A stretch of DNA of 63,238 bases, the filler included, from Cercozoa sp. M6MM (taxonomy: Eukaryota; Protista; Endomyxa: Ascetosporea): the NCBI GenBank assembly GCA_040357565.1. It is 11 parts of 11 records of this genome, joined end to end, with 100 filler letters (N's around TTAATTAATTAA, not from the genome) between each part and the next. Parts side by side here need not be neighbours in the genome. Positions count along the whole stretch, not along the records: positions 1 to 3,145 come from JBDODJ010001589.1; positions 3,246 to 11,273 come from JBDODJ010000576.1; 9 more parts are not named here. One strand, given 5' to 3'. The translations under genes and the position numbers were made by a program. Numbering within the stretch: position 1 is the stretch's first letter; every line of letters begins with the position of its first letter. The notes beneath the pieces are model-generated. The model searched no databases and was not told where the DNA came from. It worked only from the letters and a program-made list of their open reading frames with translations. Positions 1-10,710 of this stretch are shown here, piece after piece.

Positions 1-27
1 TCTGCCCTTCTTACCCCTCCCCCATAG

Positions 28-435
28 TGGACCCGCTGATCGCTGCGCGCGTGGTGCTCGCTGTTCGCAAGGACAAGGTGCCTTTACCCCCCCCCCCCGC
101 CTTCTTTACCCTGCCTCTTGACCTCCTTACCCTACCCCACCCTCGCAGGACTACCCAGTGGCCAAGACGCTGCTGCGATCGCACTGTTTCCCGACCTACG
201 GCATGTCGCGCCGGCAGCTCATCGAGCTGTGGTACCAGGCCGCCTATGGCGAGCGCGAGTTGCTGCTGGGACGGCCGCTTAGCACGCTTGAGATGCGCGA
301 GGTAACTTTTCCCCCCCCCCCCCCTCTACACACAACCTCTTTAACTCTACCCTCCCGCAGGTGCGCATGCAAGCTGGCATGCCGCGCAACATTGGCTGCG
401 CCTACACGGACGAGCAGTGCAAGCTCTACTGGTAG
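28..435 (+). CDS. 3' part (last 3 exons) of a protein, possibly DUF5107/TPR-like C-terminus
   Basis: GT-AG introns at about 78-148 and 302-360 join VDPLIAARVVLAVRKDK/DYPVAKTLLRSHCFPTYG...LIELWY...EMRE/VRMQAGMPRNIGCAYTDEQCKLYW*; stop TAG at 433-435. The family call is a weak recollection. Confidence 0.5.
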
Positions 436-467
436 ACCGTCTCCTGGTCTAGCACGACTCTTGAATC

Positions 468-643
468 TCCCTTGACTTATCATTACCGAGTTACGTTAGT
501 TCAGTCTACTAAGAACCCAACTATGTAATTTCCCTGTCGTGTAAGTCCTGGACCAGGAGTCCACCCGCTTACAGAAGGTAGGTAGGACGGAGTCATCTAA
601 CTCCCCTTTACAGGTGGCGGGTGGGCTGGGAGTAGGAGATCGC
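468..643 (+). repeat. Dispersed non-coding element, family B, copy 1 (sense to the upstream + gene)
   Basis: Shares GAGTTA.GTTAGTT..CAGTCT.CTAA, TTTCCCTGT, GTCC.CCCGC, AACT.CCCTTT and ACAGGTGGCGGG..CTG.GAGTAG with the reverse complement of 10510-10690. Confidence 0.75.
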
Positions 644-675
644 AAACAACACTAACGCGGCGATCTCGGACTGAT

Positions 676-828
676 GCGACGTTCCTACTCCCAGTCCACC
701 GAACGAAAAGGGCAGTTGAACCGACAACTCGGCTCTGAGCGGGCGTTGGACTACCGGCCAGCTGGTACGTATCTATCTCACTACTAAAACTACACAAATG
801 CAGCGAGCCAGCTGGGAAGTCAAAGGGA
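676..828 (-). repeat. Family B copy 2 (sense to the EEP gene); forms an inverted repeat with copy 1
   Basis: TCCTACTCCCAGTCCACC (683-700) is complementary to GGTGGGCTGGGAGTAGGA (620-637); AAAAGGGCAGTTG is identical to about 10573-10585; AAGTCAAAGGGA (817-828) mirrors TCCCTTGACTT (468-478). Confidence 0.75.
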
Positions 829-852
829 CTTTTCTAGGAAGTGAGCGGGCTG

Positions 853-1145
853 TCAATCTTCATTCGAGACACTGTCGGACTCGGACACTGTCTCAGAGTC
901 GTCCTCCTCCGACTCGGACGCTGTCTCAGAGTCCTCCTCTCCCGACTCGGAGTCTAGTCCCGAACTCTCTTCTGGCTCAACGGTTGAGACCTTCGAGCTC
1001 ACGTCGGCCGTCGCAGAGTTGTTCGTACCTTCAGTCACCGTTGCGTTCTCAGCGTTCTCGTTGCTCAAAGTCGTCGCGTCTGTCAAGGTTGACACAGCGG
1101 ATGCCTGGGTTTCAGCCTCGGCTACACGTACAGTACGTGCACCCA

Positions 1146-1208
<63 letters not shown>

Positions 1209-2355
1209 CACACACGAGAGAAAGTACGCGGCAGACGGAAGTAGAGCTGGTGGTAGACTGGGTGATGGTCGTTTCGAATTCTGGACGATACCTTGTGCAG
1301 CACCGTGGACTCGGCGTGCAGGAACATGTGGTCGGTCGTGCCACCCGACTCGCGGCGCGGAAGCAGCGCGACCGAGTAAAATCGACGCTGCCGAAGCACA
1401 GGCGTGCGTACACTGTGTACCATGGTGTCACGCGTCTCCCATTTCTCCGAAGCGAACTGTCTCTTGAAAGACGACACCTTCACGCCCCAACTGGCTGTAG
1501 GATTCCCGCGGCTGTCATGCGGTTTCGACAAGAGAAACTTCCTGCCGTGGGGGTAACCTCTGCCCTTCGGTGGAAAGCGTCCAGGTTGACCTTTCTTGTT
1601 GCGATCGATCTGCTGCTTGCCGGGTGGTTGTCCACACTCGTACATAGGCGGGTGCATGTTGAAGTTAAAGTTGCCGACCGCGACATGCACGGAACCCTCC
1701 GCGTCTTGAGGCAGACTCAAACTCTCGAAAAGACCCAAGGACTTGGGCTTCTCGCCGCCTCCAAACGCTTCAAACAGCAGTCTCGGCACATCGTTGGGAC
1801 GTGTGTGCACCACAGCGGCGACGACGTCGACCTGGCGATCGACTTGGAACTTGAAGCGAAGTCCGCAGAGTTTCCACAGGTCCGACCTCTTCGGGTTCAG
1901 CTCGTTGGCCAGCTGCGGAGGGCGGAGCACGCGGCCATCGACCTTGAAAAGCACCAGCGCCACCTCGAAGATGCAGTTGCCCTTGTACGGGTAGGCTCTG
2001 GTGTCAAGCTCTTCAAGCTCTTTGTTGATTTTCATCTCCTTGTCCCAAATCTTCTTCTTGACGTTTTTTCCTCCGGGCAGCACGTATCTCTTGGGCTTTT
2101 TCTTGTTCTCCTTTCTCTTGTTCTCGTTTCTCTTGTTCTCGTTTCTCTTCTTGTTCTTGTTTCTTTTGTTCTTGTTTCTCTTGTTCTTGTGTGACTCGTA
2201 CGTTCTGTAGAGGTCCTCCGCCGTGTAGAGACAGCCCGGCAGACGGCTGCAGACAGCGACCTCGTACTTGTGTTTGTCCAGCCAAAGTTTCTCACCGACA
2301 GGAAGTGCCCGCAGCGCAGACGACGGCAGCTCGTTGGCCGTGATAAGATCCTGCC

Positions 2356-2406
<51 letters not shown>

Positions 2407-2617
2407 CGGAGCAGGCAGGCGTCGCTTTCTGATCTTCGTCAGGCACTTGCAAAGGTGGCGTTTGACGCGGTAGAACAGCGCTTTGTCCGACAAAGGCGCG
2501 AGGTCTATCCACCGGAAAGCCTGATGCAGCACCGCGAGCGGCTTTTCCTGTTATTCCAAAAGACAACCTTTGTCAATCTGGGGCACTCGTAGTTCGTTTT
2601 ACATTCTCTTGAGACAT
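853..2617 (-). CDS. Endonuclease/exonuclease/phosphatase (EEP, DNase I-like) fold protein with a K/N-rich insert and an acidic Ser/Thr tail
   Basis: Spliced model MSQEN/EKPLAVLHQ...PAP/DLITANE (cf. pDiialQE), VVHT, VAVGNFNF (cf. GDFN), TTDHMF, NDHHPV (cf. SDHxPV); last exon AETQ...SNED*. Two of the three introns contain (CA/TG)n. Confidence 0.6.
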
Positions 2618-3013
2618 CACGCGTAACGTTTAACAACTGTAGGGCGCAAGTAGCAACACGTTAATGGACAGTACTCCTGTTCGTTTAGACTGCAAAAAGA
2701 AGAGTTCGGCCGACGGTTTCGGGCGGTTATTGCCGTGCTCGTTCGATCTATTGATGTCAGGACCGTTCCCAGCGTGCTTTAGAGGCAATTTCTATCCCAG
2801 CAAATATTGACACAGTTAAAGGGGACGCGCATTAAAACGACACCGAGCATGACCCTGTACCAGTTCTGGCCATAGTTCACTGCCCGCTTAAAGTGGGGCC
2901 ATCCAACGGGGCCATCCAACTAACCTTTGAGGCCACTTGAGGTAAACTGACCGGAAACGCAATTAGCAAACACACTCGAGAGATTGCGGTCGGTCGTATG
3001 GTGCGGTCAAATT

Positions 3014-3122
3014 TTACTGCGGCTGGATGCCGAGCGCCTTGAGCGCCAGCTTGGTGAGACCGAGGTGTCCGAGTTCCCTGGGCGACAGCGGCATGGGACC
3101 CAGGGCCTCGCCGGGACCGCCC
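3014..3122 (-). CDS. Terminal exon of an unidentified gene (truncated by contig edge)
   Basis: Acceptor TTACAG, then GGPGEALGPMPLSPRELGHLGLTKLALKALGIQPQ*; GC-rich third positions. Confidence 0.4.
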
Positions 3123-3145
3123 CTGTAATCAATAACACATACCAA

Positions 3146-3245
3146 NNNNNNNNNNNNNNNNNNNNNNNNNNNNNNNNNNNNNNNNNNNNTTAATTAATTA
3201 ANNNNNNNNNNNNNNNNNNNNNNNNNNNNNNNNNNNNNNNNNNNN
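3146..3245. other. Artificial contig linker (N-run + TTAATTAATTAA + N-run); also at about 11274, 18440, 20673, 24022, 28447, 34873, 37342, 44596, 61024
   Basis: Identical 100-nt spacer with stops in all six frames; genes are truncated at each one. Confidence 0.97.
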
Positions 3246-3388
3246 CGCCTACCACCACCTGCAGACACAGAGGTGTAGCGGAGGGGGGGCGAGGGGTAAC
3301 TAGACAGAAAGCCTACATCAGCGAGCAGTTTGGCCGACGCCAGCGGCAGGAACTGTCCGCCCGTTCGATCGGCTACACACATACACGT

Positions 3389-3425
<37 letters not shown>

Positions 3426-4346
3426 AGAACACGTTTGCAGGTACCAAGCGACGCGAAGAAATCAGCGGCGTACTGCACAACACATGTCAGTATAGATATA
3501 CATGTTCATATATAAATATATAGATATATATATATATGGATAGTGTATGGCTTCGTGGGGAGTACCTGGTAACTGCGCGACAGCGACGGCTCACAGCCGA
3601 CCGAGTAGACCACAATGCCGGCCTCGGCCACCTCGGCACTGGCGCGCACGGCGTCGCTGCCGTCGGGCGGACCCTGCGCAAAGCCGTCGCCATTCTCGCC
3701 CAGTCCGTGCGGCGGTGCATCGGCGATGAAGACGCACACCTTGGCTACGTCTGATCAATGCAAGTATATATTTTTGCAAGTATGCACACATGCAGATCTG
3801 TATCCTATATATATATATATACACACTCAGGCATACCACCCTCCTCGTCATCAGCACGCCACGAGAGGTTCTTCACGGCCAGCAGAGCGGCACCGACGGC
3901 TTCGGGACCGTCTCCGCCACCGCGGGCCACCAGTTCGTCCAAGAAGGACTGCACCTGGCCCATGTCGCCGCCAAAGTCCAGTGTCTTGGTCACGAACGTG
4001 CTATCCTGAGGCGGATGATCGCGGTACACGACCATTGCGAAACGCACGTCGCACTTCTCGGCCACGACAATGTCTCGCATGATGTTACGCACGTTTTCTC
4101 TCTGCTCAGGGAGGAAACCCTTCACTGTGACCAGAGATAAATTGACACAGCACTAGCAAGGCGTACCGCAGCGTCAATGTAGGACTGCATCGACCCAGTT
4201 ACGTCAAGAGCGAAACACAAATCGAGTCGCTTCTGCTTGCCATCGGCGGCATTGTCAGCTTCCGTGGTGGTAGCGGTGCTGCTGTCCATGACAATGTCAT
4301 CGACTTCCTCCGACAGCTTAACTTTCTTCTCGGGCAGTGCGGACAT
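3246..4346 (-). CDS. von Willebrand factor A domain protein (similar to the vWA domain of VwkA-type alpha-kinases), 3'-truncated
   Basis: LDLCFALDVTGSM (MIDAS DxTxS), YRDHPPQD, GGGDGPEAV, VFIADAPPHG across GT-AG introns. Confidence 0.85.
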
Positions 4347-4754
4347 CCTCTTTCTCAAAGCTTCAGGGCTCAAACTCTTTTCACACTGTAAATGAATGGG
4401 GCTGTAGCTGAACCGCGTGTTGCTGTTGCTATGACTGTTAACTGTGAACAAAACGTTGGGCTGTTTGGCGTTTTCTAAGAGCGAGCAGAACTGAAGAAGC
4501 TTTTGAGAAACCGATCAATGAAAATTCTGCAACCACGGGCACAAGCACAGCCAATATTTAGACTTCGTGCGTGGCCCATGCGCTTTTGGGAGGTATGTCC
4601 ACTCGATTACAATCTCTTGTAAGCGTTAAAAGTCAAGACAACTTGACAACTGGCCAGCGGCCCAAATCACGCAGTGCAGTACTATTCCTATAGCAGACCC
4701 GACCCGAAAGTTGAAACATCTCTGTTGTGCAGCAGTTAAATCGACGTCACTGAG

Positions 4755-7700
4755 CTATCTGTTTCGGCTAAGCCAGTTGCTCATATCAGGTTCAGCAGGA
4801 ATGTCCTGTTCACCAAGTTGAAAGGAAAGTCAAAAGCAAGTGCACAGTTCTTTGAAAATTTCGGTTGTAGATGTATCAAGTACCTGCACAAGCTTCATGA
4901 AGTACGGTGCAAAGCCTCGCTTGAGCATCTCGGACACGACTAGTCTGTCGATCTTGACTTCTAATCGCGTTGACAGTTCCGACATTTCTTGCATGAAGCG
5001 AGCTCCCTTTCGCCGAGAAGCTTCCCTGAACTGCTCGATTTCGGCAGCATCGACGTTTCCCACGTTCGGCTGGAGTCTTCTCAAAACAAGATTTAAGTTT
5101 AGCGTGCTGAAGCCATTGCTGCAAATCTTGAGATACACTTCCAGAAGCTGGCTGCAGACACGCATCACGAATTTGCGATCCTCGGACGACAGAACAAAGT
5201 GGATTATGAGGTAGAACATGACGAGCTCCAAAGCGCCTTTCGAGAAGCTCAGGTACCACTTTAAAAGCTGCAATGATACATGCACACGGAGACCTATACC
5301 TTCTTGACGAGCAAAATCCTTGACAAACTCTCGTGCGACCGGGTGAAAGAGCATCGCTGCCGGATCCATGCCGCCGCGTTCCTTTTCGCGCAAAACGATT
5401 TGATTACGCGCCACCACCGAAATTGGAATGGAATTCATGCGCACAATTGAATCTTGTTGTTCATCTATGTCGATGTCGGTAGAGCACGAATCTGCTCGCG
5501 CACGAGTCTCAGAAGCAATCGTCGCAGCAGCAATGGCAGTGGCGGCGGTGCTGTAACTCTCATCTTTGCCAGAAGACATAGAAGTCATTCGCTGCTGCGC
5601 CATATTCGCGAGTCCGCGGTCCTTGAGCACTGACACAATAGTCGAGCGGTTCGACAGTACAGAGCTCCGACGACGACGTCGTGTTTTGCGCATACTTTGC
5701 GCCAAGAACTCCAGTGTCGCCTTGTTTGTGAGCGGTCGCGCAAAGCTCAGGATCCGCAACACTTGTCTTCTATGACGCGTGAGGTTTTGACACGTTCTGC
5801 GATACGCTGATTGTACGCTCACAAGTTCGGCTACGGAGCGCTGCACGTTTTGATCGAGGTGGTTTCGGGCGTTCTTTGTTTCCCATAGCGACAAGCCGTT
5901 AAAGATAAAGCACATCGACGCTGTAGCCACCGCTGCCGAAATGCTGATCGAATCACTGGAGGAGAAGCTCGCTCCGCTAGCGTTGCTCCTTGCCGAGGTT
6001 ACTTGTTCTAGTCATTCAGTGCGAAATTTGAGAACAGAAACCGTCCAGCATTATCCGGTAGGCATACCTCGCGCCTCCAGCAAAAGAAAGTAAAGGGCTT
6101 GTAAACAAGCAGATACTGTCAAGGACGCAATTGCTCGCGCTTGTATTTGCTTTTTTGAGACAAAAATCAACGCGTGCAAGCCGAATGGGAGGCCGACGAT
6201 GTTGATTGTGAAGAATCCAACAAGCATTCCAGCTGCAGTTCACACAAACGATCTCGCTGGTGCTACTGACAGTAGACATGAACATGCTGTATTCATACAA
6301 AAATTCCCACCATTGTATGAAGTATCCACAGACGTTGCAAGGTCAACAGAGAGCACCAGAACGAACATGCTTGCTGCACTTCATTGCTGAAAGAATGAAC
6401 AAAAATGCTCCTGTTTTACCTGTCAGGCAAACACCAGTCATCACACAACCGATCCAAAGCCTTTTAGAAGCGTTTTTCTTGAACCCACTCTCCGCTACTT
6501 GCCCTTTCACTTCGTTTTCAACGCCAACGTTGCTCACTTCTTGTGCCGAAGCGGAAGAGGGATTCGCATAAGTTTCTTCCTTCGATGCTGAAGCGAGTCG
6601 TAGCATAGCGTCGCAAACAATAGACGCGAATGGGAGCATCGAGACGATAACGCAGATGATGGAAGCACAAAAGACCCAAACTGAGTATTTCATGGTGACT
6701 TCGGTCTCGTCTTTCTCCAAGGAGAGCGACATTGACTCGAGCACTATCAGTGTGCTACTCCAGATTCCTGCCCCAATGGCCAATGCAGCGGTCGAACTCC
6801 ACAATCGAAGTCTCCATTTGTGCAAGCCTCTCCGATACGCAGAATACAGCTGCTCTAATTGAATCTCCGCTGACCACAGAGAGCTCATAACCACCAAGAA
6901 GCCGAAAGCAGGCATCTGTCTCAAATACAAAAGTAACTCGAAGCACCATTCAAACCCAGAAGTAAACAAACGAAATTGTAGGAGTGTTTGACGGGGAGAC
7001 CGAAAATTGCCAGCTCATCACAAGTAGCAACACGCATATTGTGTGTGCCGTCACCACCTCGAAGCGACCAACTTCCCTCGGGTGTGCACTCCAGAACAAA
7101 GCTATCGAGGACACCGCCGCTTTCACTTACATTGCCGTATCCATCATTGCATCGTACATTGCATTCAGTGCCAACCAGTTGAATTCCTGTGCACTTTTCC
7201 TCCGCGACAAAGTGGGCATTTGACAAAGCGACTGGGTGGTAACACGCATGATCGAACGGACGAGTCGGAAATCCCTGAAAGTACGTCATGTTCTCTGCTG
7301 CCTTTGTGAAGTTGGTTTCGAAATCCTTCACCGTTCCGAGCACACGCGACTTTATCACTGTGGTGTTGGTGAGCTGCGCCACAACGACGTCGGCCGAGTC
7401 AGCTATGTATCGACTATGAGGAACAGCAGCCGAGGCATTGAAAATCATCTGCCCAGTTCCGAATCCGTCGGCAGCAGAGAAGTTTGCCTGGTTTATGCGT
7501 TCAACCACCTCGGTGCTGAGAGGTGGTCGCCCCAGATCCGCTTCCGCATTCAAGTACGAGAATGTGGTTAGAAGGAGTGCGTCCCTCCACAGCATGACAC
7601 CAGTTTGCTCCAGTAATGCCCAATTGCGACAATTCGGGTCGACATTCTCGCATATTTCGTCAAGAACCGACGATTCAATTCCAATGTTAATAGAGAGCGC

Positions 7701-8704
7701 TAACCACAACTTTGTACGTCAACAAATGAGTCAACTCAGCATGCCTTATAGCTTAACAGTTTACCTCCTTCGAGCAAAGCGAAACGCCGCGCAGTTGCAG
7801 GATGCCCAGCGAAAGCCATAAACAACAACAGGCGAAATGTTTCCTGGAAAATGGCATGCTTCATACCCAATTAGTACCGGTGACAAAAGAAAACCCAATT
7901 AGTACCGGTGACAGTATGAACTGGTATCCAGGCCGAAGAAGCCCATTCGCTTCTGCGGCTTCAAGCAGCGCATCGATGCCTTCATACCCCATAACGACAA
8001 ATACGCGGGCCTCTGCTTCTATCGCTTCAAGCATGGATCTTTTCAAATCGCTTGGTTGTGCAGTCACGTCGTAAATGTCAACAAAGACAGGTTGAATCGG
8101 CGCCAACTGCCGCAACGTTGATTCTATAATTCTCTGTTGTGCAATCGGTCCAATTACGGCGACGCGCCGCCAAGAAAACACCTAAAGACACACATTTCCT
8201 TGATCCAAACTTACTCTCCTTTGTACAGTAGCAATGGTTAAAATACAGCAAACAAAGCACCTCAATCGTACGAATCATCCATTGCGAGACCACGCCAGTA
8301 TGGGGTGTCACCGAAAACAAAGAGGGAAAGCGAGAACGGATGTCGAGAGAACCTTCGAGCGACGTTGTTGTTACTATAGGTACATCGAAGGGAACAAGCC
8401 TCATCGCAGCTGATTCGGTCACGTGCAGCAACGTGGCACCAATGACAGCGTCAGCTCGCTCAATTTCAACGAGATCATCCGCAGCTTCGAGAGCGTCCTT
8501 GGCGGTGAAAGCAGTTTTCCATGAGAGGGTCAAGTTTGCATCGTAGTTGTCGATAAGCCAACTTCGTGTGTAATTGATAACTCGACCGGAATTGACCGAC
8601 GAAACTGGATCAAGCAAAACGCCGATTCGCAACGCTTGTCCTCGATGAAGCACGTCGTTAAAAACTGCGACAATGAAAAGCACCCAGAGCCGCTGCACCT
8701 GCAT
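4755..8704 (-). CDS. Putative receptor: signal peptide + Venus-flytrap (PBP1/ANF-receptor) + sushi-like Cys domain + MHYT-like multi-TM region + RGS-like domain
   Basis: MQVQRLWVLFIVAVF..LRIGVLLD; ADAVIG, VPIVT, RFPSLFSVTP, FSWRRVAVI, ARVFVV (PBP1); C..VGTECNVRCNDGY..LECTPEGSW (CCP); ALAIGAGIWSS..SMSL..KYSVWVFCASII (MHYT-like); MLFHPVAREFVKDFARQE/GALELVMFYL (RGS helices 2-4). Confidence 0.65.
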
Positions 8705-9229
8705 GTAGAGTGCTCCCACTGGTGTACCCTTGCCAAACACTCCGAAAGACGTACTGTATCGCACGAAGACATACCTCACAGCCTCCGGTGAAAATGAGGT
8801 CACTTTCGTTGTCCGCGCGGATATATTTACACTGTTGCAGACTCAGAGGCGGTCTAAACAGCCTGGGTGCGGTGAGTAAGTTTACAGTAACATTTAGGAT
8901 GCAATTCTACTGCTCCTTCAGTCAACAGAGTTTCAACTGGAACAGTGGAACTGAAGTAAATAACGTAACTGAAGGTTAGCGTAGCTACAGTACTATGTTT
9001 CAGGGCACTTTGCGGTTCCGAGCGGACTTACGTGAGTCGAGTCCAAGTTATTTCAATTGACTCACGTTGCGGCACGTGCACTGCACCGTTTGCTCGCGAC
9101 AGGCGTACAGACGATTCGAAGTGCCATACGAGCCCGCAACGGTAGTGGCGCAGACAATCAGACAGAACAAGTTTCGTTTGGCTTTCACTTCCAGACGATC
9201 GAGACAGGGGACACAAGTTGGGCCGAGGA

Positions 9230-10187
9230 TCATCTGCGCGAGTCACGTCGGAAGTCGCGCACAGCGTCGGCAAGCCAATCGAGACCCTCGTAGATACCGT
9301 CACCAGTGGTTGCAATGCAGGCTGTCCAAAATAAACCAGTCTCTCAGTACATGCAGCTTGCGATGTGCAATGTACCCTGTGCGTGCCACTTGCGATCGCG
9401 CAGCTTGTCGAGTGCGAGTCGTTCCGTGAGTTCGCTGACACCGACAGCACCCGGGAGATCCTGCTTGTTGGCCATCACCAAGAGCGGCACACCTCGCAAC
9501 TCGTCCGACTGCGGCACAGTGAATTTGAAACCATCCAAACAAAGCCAACGGAGTGAAAGCGAGAATGATCAGGCTGTACCGACAGGGCGGCACTGAGTTC
9601 CTCCTTCGCGTTGCCGGTCGACGGGTCCGTCTGGTCAATACGCTCACCTAAAGCACCAAACAAGAAAGTAAGCCGAGGCTTCTCTAATGTGTGTGATGTA
9701 TTTACGAGGTACCATCGCTGCTATCGACAACGAAAATGATGCCGTCGGTGTTTTGGAAGTAGTGGTGCCACCTACAGTATCAGTTGCATATGTCAGAGGT
9801 ATCATAGGGCTCATAGGGTTGGGTGAAAGAAGAGATACAGCTTGCGAATGTGCTCTTGGCCACCAATATCCCAGGCCTCGAATTCGAGGTTCTTGTACTG
9901 CAGCGAGTTGATGTGAAAACGATGCGGACTGGGGACGAGGGGCCAAGCTGGGACAATACCTGTAGACGCTCGACGTTGAAGCCAATTGTAGGAATCGTCA
10001 CGATGTTCTGTCGCAACTTGAGATTGTACAACAGCGTCGTCTTTCCGGCTGCATCTAGTCCTGCCAAACACACAGAAGGATTGACTTGAGGTGACCTTTT
10101 TTTAAAGCCCTAAATACCAATCACAATGAGGCGACTCTCCTCCATGCCAGAGAACATCTTCACGATCGATGACAAGAGGTTGCCCAT
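9230..10187 (-). CDS. ARF: ADP-ribosylation factor (ARF-family small GTPase), 7 exons
   Basis: MGN myristoylation start, [47 protein letters not shown]; six GT-AG introns give one clean frame. Confidence 0.95.
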
Positions 10188-10509
10188 GATGGCGTTTAAG
10201 TGCTGCTTAGGTTCGACAAAACAGAAATGATTGAGAAAACTAAAAGTGTTTGAGTGGAGATGGAAAGGAACGACACGAACAGACAACACGAACAACCACT
10301 CCACCAACATCAAAAACGCAACAGCTCGTTTTTCGCATTCTTTACTGCTTTAACGCGACTATAAAGCCAAGCAACAGGGGCTAGAACGCGTTGACACATG
10401 CCTGCTGCCTAGAAAACCGTGAAATAGAAGTCACCGCTCACCCCGGCAGGCCAGTTAGGCGCTCAGTCCCTGGCATCCATCAATGGTGTGAACTGCAGAG
10501 AGCAGTGCC

Positions 10510-10690
10510 GCGATGACTTCTGCTACTCACAGCCCGCCACCTGTCGCAACTTGAAGGTGTCCTGGGAACTTCAAAAGGGCAGTTGGACAGCCGCACCCTA
10601 TGCGGGCGGACGGACACCCGGACTGGTACAGGGAAACCACATTGTTGCGTTGGTTTCTTACGTTAGGAGACTGAACGAACTAACTAACTC
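10510..10690 (-). repeat. Family B copy 3 (sense to the VPS9 gene, starting about 20 nt after its stop)
   Basis: Aligns with both 488-643 and the reverse complement of 676-768. Confidence 0.75.
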
Positions 10691-10710
10691 TCTCCAGTCG
10701 TATACTGGCT

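Noticed and set aside
669-712. CTGATG...GAAA between stems, suggesting a hammerhead ribozyme
   Set aside because: The core reads CUGAUGC rather than CUGANGA, stem II geometry does not fit, and the motif is absent from the other family B copy.
1019-2194. Long + strand ORF, and many THTHTH/CVCVCV/YIYIYI ORFs in the track
   Set aside because: Antisense shadows of GC-rich genes or translations of intronic microsatellites.
2573-2575. In-frame TGA upstream of the EEP ORF, suggesting stop-codon reassignment
   Set aside because: It falls inside a plausible GT-AG intron; TAA, TAG and TGA all terminate well-conserved genes here, and Trp is TGG.
2895-2920. Direct repeat GGGGCCATCCAAC x2
   Set aside because: Single local tandem duplication with no other copies or element boundaries.
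3146-3245. Repeated TTAATTAATTAA flanked by Ns (looks like a piggyBac TTAA site or a regular array)
   Set aside because: Artificial six-frame-stop contig linker; gene neighbourhoods across these linkers have no biological meaning.
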